Assembly (NCBI RefSeq): GCF_032444005.1
Contig: NC_091288.1
Location: 179,180,001 to 179,244,000 of the forward strand
Direction of reading: 5' to 3'
DNA length: 64,000 nucleotides
Source of the DNA: Ranitomeya imitator
Lineage: Eukaryota
The translations under genes were made by a program, and so were the position numbers. Positions 13,255 to 24,690 of the stretch are shown here, piece by piece. How positions within the stretch are numbered: position 1 is the stretch's first letter; each line of letters begins with the position of its first letter. The notes under the pieces are model-generated. The model saw nothing but the letters and a program-made list of their open reading frames with translations. It searched no databases and was not told where the DNA came from.

Positions 13255-14413
13255 CAATAATGTAAAAATATCACTGGCGCTCACCACTAGATATCCACTG
13301 GGTAAGTGGGAGTAAAATGTAGAATCCCCCAGCTGCTGGAATCACCAGAATATGTGCCACTTCTGTACAAACCAACAATAATCAAATATCAGATACCGCG
13401 CTTAGGGGATACAGATAAGGATGCCACTAAACACATGAGCGCAACCAACATGTGTTTGCTCTAGCCAGATACCTACAGTAACACACTAAATAGTGGTGAG
13501 AAAGCAATGTAGTATAAAACGTCCTTACACGGCTATTTAAACCCACTGAGTTCGAGAATGGTGTAGCCGTGTGCGCCTAAATGATAGAACACTTACCCCA
13601 CCCAGGCTGTGTCTGCGTCCGGATGATACGACTGCTGCGTGCGGCTGTGCAGTTGGAAGCCGGGAGAGCAGAGGCAGAGTGGCGAGGGGTGCAGGCCAGA
13701 GGAGCCCCGGCCGGTGGCATCCCTTGTTACGGCTAGTAAAAAATGGCTGCCAGCGTCTGCTGGCGAGTGCTCAGATGTGACGTCACAGAGCTAGGGAGCA
13801 GCGTGAAGGACAAAAAGGCAATATTTCGGTGTGTTGAGGTTTGTGCCATGTGATGGGCGTTTTTATGACATCACATTGGTGATTTTTAGTGGTTTTTAGC
13901 ATTTATCTAATAATAAAGGTCATTATTTATTTTTTAATTTCTTATTTTTTATTCATGTATGATTTTCGAATGGTTGTCACATATATACGTATTATGTAGG
14001 TTTCCGGAATATTATCTGGCACAAGTCACATTTCTTGCAGTAATCCTGGTGTTATTGTAGGGACTGGCATTGCGTGACGGAATTTGGATGCTAATATAGG
14101 CCTATATAGGTAAAGACAGCTGGGGCGGGATTTGGAGGTTTTGGGGGCAGGTACACACTTTCAGCGAAGGTACATATATAAGGGAAGCTCTAACAGAGGG
14201 CATCAACCTTGACGAAGAAGGGCGCATCCCTTCGAAACGCGTTGGTAGCTCTCCCGGCTACCAACGCTTTTTGTTTTATACTACATTGCTTTCTCACTAC
14301 TATTTAGTATGTTTCTGTAGGTATCTGGCTAGGGCAAACACATGTTGGTTGCGCTCATGTGTTTAGTGGCATCCTTATCTATATCCCCTAAGCGCGGTAT
14401 CTGATATTTGATT
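13255..14413 (+). mobile_element. Penelope-like (PLE) remnant with inverted tail duplication
   Basis: 15-bp flanking duplication ATTGTTAAAGATCTG (13240-13254, 14414-14428); ~145-bp inverted copies at ~13373-13520 and ~14273-14417; TATA followed by a hammerhead-like motif. No RT/EN ORF seen, so PLE identity is inferred. Confidence 0.65.
14204..14248 (+). ncRNA. Minimal type-I hammerhead-like motif (C3U variant)
   Basis: CAACC-TTGACGA-A-GAAGGG(cgcat)CCCTTC-GAAA-CGCG-TT-GGTAG; 6-bp helix II; palindromic ACGCGT helix III. Confidence 0.6.
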
Positions 14414-14797
14414 ATTGTTAAAGATCTGTACATAAAGGAATGCCCATCATACATCAATGAACTTGAAAAGATTTGTGGGCCAAAATTTCTCTATAGGCAG
14501 CATCAATAGTAAAAAGTTGGTCACACAGGGTTAATAACAGTATTAACGGACTGCGTTACACCGTGGCATAATGCGGTGTAACACAGCCATTAACCCTGTG
14601 TGAGCGCTGACTGGAGGGGAGTATGGAGGGGGAACTGACAGAGAGTAGGAAAGGGCGAATTCGCGGCTGGACTGTGCCCGTCGCTGATTGGTCACGGCCA
14701 GCCGGCCGCGACCAATCAGCGACGCAAGATTTCCGTGACAGACAGACAAACAGACAGACAGACAAACAGATGGAAGTGCCCCTTAGACGATTATATA

Positions 14798-16404
14798 CAG
14801 TGGGGCAAAAAAGTATTTAGTCAGTCAGCAATAGTGCAAGTTCCACCACTTAAAAAGATGAGAGGCGTCTGTAATTTACATCATAGGTAGACCTCAACTA
14901 TGGGAGACAAACTGAGAAAAAAAAATCCAGAAAATCACATTGTCTGTTTTTTTTAACATTTTATTTGCATATTATGGTGGAAAATAAGTATTTGGTCAGA
15001 AACAAAATTTCATCTCAATACTTTGTAATATATCCTTTGTTGGCAATGACAGAGGTCAAACGTTTTCTGTAAGTCTTCACAAGGTTGCCACACACTGTTG
15101 TTGGTATGTTGGCCCATTCCTCCATGCAGATCTCCTCTAGAGCAGTGATGTTTTTGGCTTTTCGCTTGGCAACACGGACTTTCAACTCCCTCCAAAGGTT
15201 TTCTATAGGGTTGAGATCTGGAGACTGGCTAGGCCACTCCAGGACCTTGAAATGCTTCTTATGAAGCCACTCCTTCGTTGCCCTGGCAGTGTGCTTTGGA
15301 TCATTGTCATGTTGAAAGACCCAGCCACGTTTCATCTTCAATGCCCTTGCTGATGGAAGGAGGTTTGCACTCAAAATCTCACGATACATGGCCCCATTCA
15401 TTCTTTCATGTACCCGAATCAGTCGTCCTGGCCCCTTTGCAGAGAAACAGCCCCAAAGCATGATGTTTCCACCACCATGCTTTACAGTAGGTATGGTGTT
15501 TGATGGATGCAACTCAGTATTCTTTTTCCTCCAAACACGACAAGTTGTGTTTCTACCAATCAGTTCCAGTTTGGTTTCATCAGACCGTAGGACATTCTCC
15601 CAAAACTCCTCTGGATCATCCAAATGCTCTCTAGCAAACTTCAGACGGGCCCGGACATGTACTGGCTTAAGCAGTGGGACACGTCTGGCACTGCAGGATC
15701 TGAGTCCATGGTGGCGTAGTGTGTTACTTATGGTAGGCCTTGTTACATTGGTCCCAGCTCTCTGCAGTTCATTCACTAGGTCCCCCCGCGTGGTTCTGGG
15801 ATTTTTGCTCACCGTTCTTGTGATCATTCTGACCCCACGGGGTGGGATTTTGCGTGGAGCCCCAGATCGAGGGAGATTATCAGTGGTCTTGTATGTCTTC
15901 CATTTTCTAATTATTGCTCCCACAGTTGATTTCTTCACTCCAAGCTGGTTGGCTATTGCAGATTCAGTCTTCCCAGCCTGGTGCAGGGCTACAATTTTGT
16001 TTCTGGTGTCCTTTGACAGCTCTTTGGTCTTCACCATAGTGGAGTTTGGAGTCAGACTGTTTGAGGGTGTGCACAGGTGTCTTTTTATACTGATAACAAG
16101 TTTAAACAGGTGCCATTACTACAGGTAATGAGTGGAGGAAAGAGGAGACTCTTAAAGAAGAAGTTACAGGTCTGTGAGAGCCAGAAATCTTGATTGTTTG
16201 TTTCTGACCAAATACTTATTTTCCACCATAATATGCAAAAAAAATGATAAAAAAACAGACAATGTGATTTTCTGGATTTTTTTTTCTCAGTTTGTCTCCC
16301 ATAGTTGAGGTCTACCTATGATGTAAATTACAGACGCCTCTCATCTTTTTAAGTGGTGGAACTTGCACTATTGCTGACTGACTAAATACTTTTTTGCCCC
16401 ACTG
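14798..16404 (-). mobile_element. Full-length Tc1/mariner IR/DR transposon (1607 bp)
   Basis: ~208-bp near-identical TIRs beginning CAGTGGGGCAAAAAAG (14798-15005, 16197-16404) with outer/inner direct repeats; TA TSD on both sides. Confidence 0.98.
15015..16037 (-). CDS. Tc1 DD34E transposase, 340 aa, uninterrupted ORF
   Basis: Paired-like HTH N-terminus, GAPRK motif, SDETK, HDNDPKH and SPDLNPIE with 34 residues between the second D and E. Confidence 0.97.
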   Translation of the reverse strand: MVKTKELSKDTRNKIVALHQAGKTESAIANQLGVKKSTVGAIIRKWKTYKTTDNLPRSGAPRKIPPRGVRMITRTVSKNPRTTRGDLVNELQRAGTNVTRPTISNTLRHHGLRSCSARRVPLLKPVHVRARLKFAREHLDDPEEFWENVLRSDETKLELIGRNTTCRVWRKKNTELHPSNTIPTVKHGGGNIMLWGCFSAKGPGRLIRVHERMNGAMYREILSANLLPSARALKMKRGWVFQHDNDPKHTARATKEWLHKKHFKVLEWPSQSPDLNPIENLWRELKVRVAKRKAKNITALEEICMEEWANIPTTVCGNLVKTYRKRLTSVIANKGYITKY

Positions 16405-17372
16405 TATATAGATTTATGGAGTGTACTTAATTTTTCATTTACTTGTACTTAATTTTCACACTCACATTTTGGTCTAGTTTTTGACAAATAATGACATGTG
16501 CAATTTGCTCAATTGAGGTTGTATTTACCTAATTTTAAGACCTTCTAAGATTAGATTTTTTTTATTATTATGTCCAGATTTGTAAACACTGTAGAGGGTG
16601 TACTTAGTTTTTCTCATGACTGTATATAGAATCAGTAGGCAATATTAGTCTCTGTAAGTTTTTATTTTGCATTGTTTTTTCTACATTTTTGTCCTGTTCA
16701 CCTCTAGACATAACACAGACATTTTCCTCTAGAGAAAGTGCACGTGTTGTAAACTTGTGTGACATGCTAGAGTTAGCAATTTTCTACGACAAGCGAGTAA
16801 AAAGTAGTGTGTATAAGTGCTTGGCAGCAGGTGTTGAACACCTAGGACTTTACAAGGACAAAGAACAGTGAAATGGAGTTTTATTTCTCTTTACCTTTCT
16901 TTCTACCAACCCTGGAAATAATCTCACTCAATCATAAAATGCGAGATAGAATCTCTTGGGAAAGTGGTGCATTCATCTGCCACTCTTCAAAAACTGGGCA
17001 AACCTAATGTCAAAACCATATTGCCTCTATTCCACTGAGTCTACATGTAAGATTGATGCAACCCGGCCTTATTGTTTTGTTTTGTTTTTTTGTTTTTTAA
17101 AAAATTATGGGAACCTAAAAACTTTATTTCTAGTTTCTTTGTATGGCATCTCTATGCTTAATTTATCATTACAAGTCTCTTTAGATTTTCTCTTTTATTG
17201 TATTTTATACTGTATCTTCCAAAAATTATAATAAAATACAACTGAACAAGAAAAAATTATTTGAATTTTAATAAAAAAAAATAGATTTTGACGATTTAAA
17301 TAGACAATAATACCTATTTTAAAAGGGAAATGATAAAAAAAATGTATCATATTCAAGGAAAATGTTTGATAA

Positions 17373-18706
17373 TGTGTGAATCTTGCAAGCCTATGATCCG
17401 GGTGGGCACACGGGTCTGAGGCGTCTGTGAAGCAGATAGGTAAAGGCACACAGGACATGGACAGCTGAGGGACAGGAAACTGTAGACAGGTGGTCAGGAT
17501 GTAGGAAGATACAGACAGGTGGTATACGCCCAGGAAGCTGCAGGCTAGCAGGCGGGATGACGCTAACCGCAGGCAGAAAGGTGATGTCCTGGATACCAAA
17601 GGCAATCAAACTTGATGCTAGAAACTGCTTGAAGATGGAAGATATCCAGAAAATCAGAGTCAAGCAGGCGGGATGCTGAAAAATACTGTCAGGAGTGAAA
17701 CATCAAGGAGATCACAGGCAAGCAGGTGGGAGGGGTCTGTTATGATCTGGTGGCCTTGGAGCAGCATGAGACGTACCCTGGACAAGGTGGTCCCTCTACT
17801 GACTGCAAACCCTGAACCTAGCAGCGCAACTAGAAGTAGCCGTGGGGGGTACCTAACACTCCCTAGACCCCTCGACACAGCCTAAGATCTAACTACCCCT
17901 AAAGACAGAAACAGGAAACCTATCTTGCCTCAGAGAAAATCCCCAAAGGATAGATAGCCCCCCACAAATATTGACTGTGAGAGGAGAGGGAAATAACATA
18001 CGCAGATATGAAATCAGATTTTAGCATAGGAGGCCATACTAGCTAAAAGAAAGAATAGAACAGAGTACTATGCGGTCAGTATAAAAACACTAGAAAATAT
18101 CCACCGCAGAAAATACGGATCACCACATCTGACTAAAGACATGGGGGGTATATCTGCATCTCCAGAGAAATAGCTAGGCTGCAAAAAATCCTTCACAGAC
18201 CAAGCTGGACAAGACAAAAACATGAAAATGCACAGAACAATAAGGTCCACTGCAGGTGGACAGCAAAAACAAAGCCAGGACTTATCTTTGTAGAAAAACA
18301 CAGCAAACTGGAGAGACCAGCAGGGAAGTGAATCCTTCAAGAACAATGGACAACTGGCACTGACTAAAGGATCCAGCAAAGCTATATACCCCAGTCAGTT
18401 TTGCAATTAGTAGATACACCTGTCCACTCCTGCAGTCCAGGCACAACCCTCTACAACCACCGGAGGGAGCCCAAAAGCTGAATTCACAACAGGGGTCCAG
18501 AAGACCATGGGTAGGCAAGCGAGAGAAATCCAGGTGACTGCAGACATCAGCTGAGCAGGTCAAGGAGTGAAGGGCAAGTCAGAGTATAGCAACATTGAAG
18601 TCTTACTACCAAGGCAAAGGTGTGTGTGCTGGTGGGCCTTATATAGACCCAGGCAGATGATCACATGGGAGCATGCTGGGCCACCTGCAAAGCCTGACGT
18701 GGTACA
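17373..18706 (-). mobile_element. Older degenerate LTR-like element hosting a younger solo LTR
   Basis: Purine-rich LTR-like sequence on both sides of 17738-18491; TATA-like ccttatatag near 18638; boundaries approximate. Confidence 0.4.
17738..18491 (-). mobile_element. Solo LTR (754 bp), unrelated to the copy 1-3 family
   Basis: TGTTATGA...TCACAACA termini; flanked by GGGGTC on both sides (17732-17737, 18492-18497). Confidence 0.85.
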
Positions 18707-19335
18707 CCACAGAGTTTAGCGGACTGAGGTGAGGGAAGCAAAGTAAGGATCTGGGAAAGGGCTGTAAAGCAAATTATTATAATATAAGAAGTGATGATTT
18801 GGAATTGCATCATTGTATTATGTATTAGATAGGATTCAGACTAGCGTATTTTTGGTCAATATGTTGTCCATATTTGCTATGACCAACACTGACCAATGCT
18901 CATCAATGTGCAAATGCAGGTAAGCGATTTTCCAAATGTACCTATGGTAGTCTGAGCTCAGCCTAACAATGATGGCAACTAGTACAATTTGTAAAATAGC
19001 ATCTAAGGAGGAGAGGGTACTTTTTTTAATAGTACAGTATATATGGTCCGATTCATCATCGTCTGTGAACCTTTTTTCTGGAGTAAAAATAGTTGTAATA
19101 GTAACTTTTGTGTTTCTCACTTATTAATTATTTAATTTGTATTTTTTTTAGTTCACTTTTCATGCTTTCACCTTTTTTTTGTTCCGCAATGCAGGCGTGG
19201 GTTTCCTAATCCAGATGTTTTAGCCTAATTCATAATTTACAACATATTGAAATATCACTATATTGTTGTGTAATTGCACTCCAGTGCTCTAGTGGATTAT
19301 AAAATCTATTTTTTTCGCAGTTGAAGACATTTTAA

Positions 19336-20576
19336 CCCCTTTCTGACCTCGGACGGGATAGTACGTCCGAGGTCAGAAGCCCCGCTTTGATGCTGGCTCC
19401 GGCGGTGAGCCCGCACCAAAGCCGGGACATGTCAGCTATTTTGAACAGCTGACATGTGCCCGTAATAGGCGCGAGCAGAATCGCGATCTGCCCGCGCCTA
19501 TTAACTAGTTAAATGCCGCTGTCAAACGCAGACAGTGGCATTTAACTACCGCATCCGGCCGGGCGGCCGGAAATGACGTCATCGCCGACCCCCGTCACAT
19601 GATCGGAGGTCGGCGATGCTTCTCCATTGTAACCATAGAGGTCCTTGAGACCTCTATGGTTACTAATCGCCGGTAGCTGTGAGCGCCACACTGTGGTCGG
19701 CGCTCACAGCACACCTGCAATTCTGCTACATAGCAGCGAACAGCAGTGCCTGCTTCTAGCCTCCCATGGAGGCTATTAAAGCATGGCAAAAGTAAAAAAA
19801 AAAATGTGAAAAAAATAAAAAAAATATAAAAGTTTAAATCACCCCCCTTTCGCCCCAATCAAAATAAATCAATAAAAAAAAATCAAATCTACACATATTT
19901 GGTATCACCACGCTCAGAATCGCCCGATCTATCAATTAAAAAAAAGCATTCACCTGATCGCTAAACAGCGTAGCGAGAAAAAAATTAGAAACACCAGAAT
20001 TACATTTTTTTGGTCGCCGCAACATTGCATTAAAATGCAATAACGGGCGATCAAAAGAACGTATCTGCACCAAAATGCTATCATTAAAAACGTCATCTCG
20101 GCACGCAAAAAATAAGCCCTCAACCGACCCCAGATCATGAAAAGTGGAGACGCTACGAGTATCGGAAAATGGCACAATTTTTATTTATTTTTTATTAGAA
20201 AAGTTTGGAATTTTTTTTCACCACTTAGGTAAAAAAATAACCTAGTCATGTTAGGTGTCTATGAACTCGTACTGACCTGGAGAATCATAATGTCAGGTCA
20301 GTTTTAGCATTTAGTGAACCTAGCAAAAAAGCCAAACAAAAAACAAGTGTGGGATTGCACTTTTTTTGCAATTTCATCGCACTTGGAATTTTTTTCCCGT
20401 TTTCTAGTACACAACATGCTAAAACCAATGATGTCGTTCAAAAGTACAGCTCATCCTGCAAAAAATAAGCCCTCACATGGCCAAATTGACGGAAAAATAA
20501 AAAAGTTATGGCTCTGGGAAGGAGGGGAGTGAAAAACGAACACGGAAAAATGAAAAATCCCAAGGTCATGAAGGGA
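19336..20576. mobile_element. piggyBac-like non-autonomous element (1241 bp)
   Basis: TTAA-CCCCTTTCTGACC ... GGTCATGAAGGGA-TTAA; TTAA TSDs at 19332-19335 and 20577-20580; no ORF. Confidence 0.85.
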
Positions 20577-22605
20577 TTAAAGGATCATATGACTTTTTAC
20601 TCTAAACAGGTGCAAAAAAAGCCAAAAGTAAAATGAACAAATAAATAAAAGAAAATGTTTAATTTTATTCAAAATTTGTCAAATCGCTTGCACCATTTTG
20701 AAGAATTTAAAAATAAATTACAGGTCACCACACTCGTAAGTCTTCATTCTCTGGTACTCGGTGCCAAGAGCAAAAGCAAGGCAATAAAAACCACTGTGAC
20801 CAAGAGACACTCCACCTTTCTTTTAAGAATTATCCAGTGTATTCCATTTCATGAATGGTAAAAGATCACATAAAGGCACCAAAAATTTGCAAAAAAAATT
20901 CTAAAAAATAAAAATCTTCAGTTTTACTCAAAATTTATCAACCTGCTTGCTCCATTTTGAAGAATTTGGTGCAAGAAATCAGCTGATATCACAAGTCAAG
21001 CCAATTTTAAGAAATTAAACTCCTGACTTCCATCTACTGATAAATATATAGAATATAACTTTTATTCTCAACCACTAGCATATCTAATATCTTTTACAAT
21101 TAAAATGATCAGGTAACCAAATCTACTTAGTTTTCCTACAGCTGAATCCAAAAATATAGATGCACAATATACTTTATACAAAAAAAAAACAATACAAAGA
21201 AGGTGCAGCGCTTAATAAGTAAATAAAAATATGTTCTTCATTGAAACGTGATTAAGAAAAAGGTTGAAAAACATAAAATGCCAAAAACAGGGAAAGTAGC
21301 CTTCTGAAATGTTTAACTGCTGCTGTGGTGTTTTCAAGGGCCATCGCCGCATGAACCCTTGAAAATGCAGCAGCAGTGGTGAAGCATGTCAAAGACAACG
21401 TCCTTTCAATACAGGGAAAAATAACACCAACAGGCATTTCATAGCAGCAATATCAGCCGCTTGGCAAAAATACAATTTATAAAATGAAATCTCTGTTAGT
21501 TTATGAAAGTCATAAGGCACAATACAGTTGTTAGCTCTCAATATTGGTGCATACTAATTAAATAAATTATGTAGGCTGCTTATTTTAATGGATATTTTTA
21601 CTGCTGGCTGCAGACGTGGAAAAAGATAGAGGAGGGCGCCCGAGCAAGAACAGTCCAATAGTTCAACATAATGCACTTGTTTTTGTGCTTTTTTGCAGGT
21701 GGCCCCTCTACCTCTTGAGCCACAGGTTGCACCAATGGTGTATGAGTATAAAAGTTATATTTTATATATGTATCAGTCAGGGGAATTTGTGGCCAAAAAA
21801 ACGGCAATAATAAAAAAAGAAAAGTATAAAAAATGTACGAATGATGAATTAGACATTTCTGTTTTATTTGTGTTTTACTTCTATTTTGCCTGAGAGTGCT
21901 CAGCAGTTTGCAACTTTACAGTTATATCTTTTTCTATGTTTTGATTTTTACTTCTTTAGCACCATTTGGCACTGGAATACGAGCATTATACACAGGGGCG
22001 TACCTGGTGTTTCCATTTCTAGTAGTCGAATCCTGACTGCGGTGTTTGGTTTACCTTTTATCTAGAGGCCTTGTATTTTGAATTTTGTGGCCAAGAAAAT
22101 TCAAGTAATTTCTATGATTATATAGAAAGAAAAGAACCAATTATTCAGATTGGACTACGACCAACGACTGGAGATTGACTGTAATCTTATTTTTAGGGGA
22201 AACATATCTTTTGTACCCTGCAGAGTACAGTATGGTATAAAATCACAGCTCCGCTACTCACAGTACTATTTTCTTGATTTATTGCAAAAATCTTGGCAAC
22301 AAACCTACAGAAAATGGAAACGTGTGCAGTTTTGGGTCCATATTAAGTTTTACACGGGGGATTTTCTATAATTTGCTCCATAACGTTTTCATGCTCTACA
22401 TAACATCAGTCTAATAAATATCTAGGAAAGTAAAATGTAGTAAAATATATGCTGGGTGAGATCATCACCATAAAATCTAAGTGCTACTTTTCTTCCTAAA
22501 AATGTAGCCTGAGTGTATCTATTTTAGAAAACACCTGTTACCCATTAACGTGCAGACCAGGCTGCCGTTCTTCAGATTATACTTATCTCTGAAAGAATTC
22601 CTTTT

Positions 22606-22960
22606 ACATAGTTATATAGATAGAAAGGTTGAAAAAAAACACATATCCATCAAGTTCAAACTGGGCGATGAGCGAGGAAAGGTACAACTATAATACATCA
22701 ACCAATCAGCCCTAAAAGACAAAAATGTTCTCTTCTGATCCTCCTGAGTGTTGATCGTCCCCATCAACATTCAGAACAAGAATTTTCTAAATGTAAATAC
22801 TATAAAAATTTATTTTATTTTCTTCTCAAAAAAGCTCATCTAAGTCTTTTTTGAAACCATCAATGGGTTCTACCATAACCAGCCCCTCAGGTAGGCTGTT
22901 GCACAGAAGGTAACGAAGGCTTGTGTCCTCTGGAGATTGAACCTTGGGCGGAATCCACAT
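22606..22960 (-). pseudogene. CR1 LINE 3' end fragment
   Basis: Minus strand encodes NSLPEGLVMVEPIDGFKK (CR1 ORF2 C-terminal-like), followed by the ttgaacttgatgg...ttttcaacc...taactatgt 3' tail. Confidence 0.75.
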
Positions 22961-23255
22961 TTCTCTGTCAAGGGAATTTTACATTAAACCTTTCAAAGCA
23001 GGGTAATTTTCCATTTTTTTCATTTTTGTTTTTTCTTCCCCTTCTTACTAGAGCCAATTTTTTTTAATGTTCTGTCCACATAGCCATGTGAGGGTTTGTT
23101 TTTTTGCAAGACGAGTTGTACTTTTCAGTGACACCATTCCTTTTATCATGCGATGCACAAGAAGTTGGGAAAAAAATTCCAAGTGTGTTTTAATTACCAA
23201 AAAAAGTGCAATTTCACAATTATTTTTTGAGCTTTTTAATTTACCATGTTCATTA

Positions 23256-23444
23256 GGCCGGGATCACAAACAGCGAGATACGTCCGAGTCTCGCTGGTTA
23301 AAACCAAGCTCTGGCACCGACACTCCGGAGCGGAGCGTGCGGCCGCATCGCAATACATGGTGCCGCACGCTCCGCTCCGGAGTGCCAGAGCTTAGTTTTA
23401 ACCAGCGAGACTCGGACGTATCTCACTGTAGTGTGACTCCGGCC
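23256..23444. mobile_element. PIF/Harbinger MITE, fold-back
   Basis: TTA TSD on both sides; TIR GGCCGGGATCACA/TGTGACTCCGGCC; largely palindromic. Confidence 0.85.
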
Positions 23445-23602
23445 TTATACGGTAAAACTGAACTGGCAATATGATTCTCCAGGTCAGTATGAATCAGATA
23501 TCAAACAAGGAAAGTTTTTTTTATTTAAATAGGGTTGTCCAATGAACAAAGTACATTTTAATCAATAAATCTTGTAATAATACTAATTTCCACATTTGGA
23601 TG

Positions 23603-24405
23603 TGTTCTGCCCATCTTAATGTGCAAAGAGTTAATTATCATGTTATTCAAGTTGTGGCCACTGGAGGTCATCAGTTGCCTACTTTTCATGTTGTTTACCA
23701 ACCTTTCCCTCCTAAGAGCAATGTCTTATGGGTTAGTTCCGCCCACATTCTTCTTGTGAAGACAAGCTTCAGTAGCCATTTTTCCTCAGATCTGCAGAGA
23801 GGCACACGTGCTCCTGTCTCGCTTGCTTTCTTACCCCTGTCCTAACGGATCTCGGTACGTTTATAAAGGTTTAATGCATCTTATGTTTGTGTTAGTATTT
23901 AAGCCTTATGCAGCTCCTATAGTCAGATATAGTTAGGCAGATGTGCTTTGCAGCTTGCAGTTAGGTTAATGTGTACTCTGCATGTAGATAGATGCATTGT
24001 TGTATAGAATAGGGCAGTGCTGTTAGAATTACTGTGTAATGCACTCTGTATAATTCTTGCTGTAATGCCCCAATTATTTATGTGATTGCACCCTGTATGT
24101 GCATATACTGAAATGCTGTTATTCTTTACAGTTTTTCACCAGTCATCCACTATGATCAGTCATCCACTATGATCAGTCATCCACTATAATTATTCACTGA
24201 ACATCCACTTTGTACATCAACATCATTCACTATTCGATCATCTACTATGAATACTGTCCACCATTGTTCAACGTTATAGTTTTGGTTATCATCACCCTAA
24301 TAAATAAGACTTAAGCATCAACACAGTCTGTTTACTGGGATGTGGATGAAGGTTTAGCCGTATGTTAGAATCCACACAGCATCCTACGTGGAGGAAGACA
24401 GAACA
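23603..24405 (+). repeat. 5' LTR of BEL element (803 bp)
   Basis: TGTTCTG...CAGAACA; AATAAA at 24299-24304; 3 copies of a 17-bp repeat cagtcatccactatgat; by eye 8 substitutions and one 3-bp indel versus the 3' LTR. Confidence 0.97.
23855..24131 (+). other. Predicted 277-nt GT-AG intron inside the BEL LTR (also 34239-34515)
   Basis: Donor CG|GTACGT; branch-like tactgaa; acceptor tgttattctttacAG|. Joining the exons recreates the complement of the PBS. Confidence 0.65.
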
Positions 24406-24421
24406 GTGAAAAACGAGACCG
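24406..24421 (+). promoter_or_regulatory. Non-canonical primer-binding site GTGAAAAACGAGACCG
   Basis: Abuts the 5' LTR and lacks the TGG needed to pair a tRNA CCA end; complementary to the spliced LTR junction. Confidence 0.7.
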
Positions 24422-24690
24422 CCAGTCGCAGGCGGTGATTGTAAAGTAAGAACAGATTAGCTGCCTTCAGTGAAACTGATAGCCGGTCGCAGGCTGTAGT
24501 TGATCAGACTGTATGGAACCGCTAACACCCACACTGCTCCGCATTCGGGTATCACAGCAGCCGCCATACAGCCGCAGGACTATACTGCAGCCCGCCAAGA
24601 GGAGCTACATCATTCCCGCCACGTGGAAGCTCACCGCACATAGACTCAGTTTCCCGCCAAAACACTCAGCAGTACGCAGCTAAGTGCACA

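Larger units (their letters stand above)
14494..16412 (-). mobile_element. 5' fragment of a non-autonomous Helitron, interrupted by the Tc1
   Basis: 14494-14797 matches the terminal region of the other Helitrons (cagcatcaatagtaaaaagttgg...gacggaagtgccccttagac). The terminus tatataga|t resumes at 16405-16412 and reads A|TCTATATA on the minus strand. Confidence 0.85.
10287..16622 (+). pseudogene. Old IR/DR Tc1 relic carrying nested insertions
   Basis: Left TIR remnant gaaaaactaagtaca...ttagaaggtcttaaaattaggta (~10310-10440) mirrors the right TIR ending ...gtacttagtttttctcatgactg-TA (16622). Decayed transposase runs from ~12275 (MPRRK) to ~13240 and resumes at 14429-14490. Left boundary approximate. 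Confidence 0.75.

Noticed and set aside
15388-16128. 246-aa plus-strand ORF
   Set aside because: Antisense shadow of the Tc1 transposase.
20600-22400. AT-rich segment with short ORFs and splice-like signals
   Set aside because: No recognisable protein motif, termini or TSD; cannot be called without a database search.
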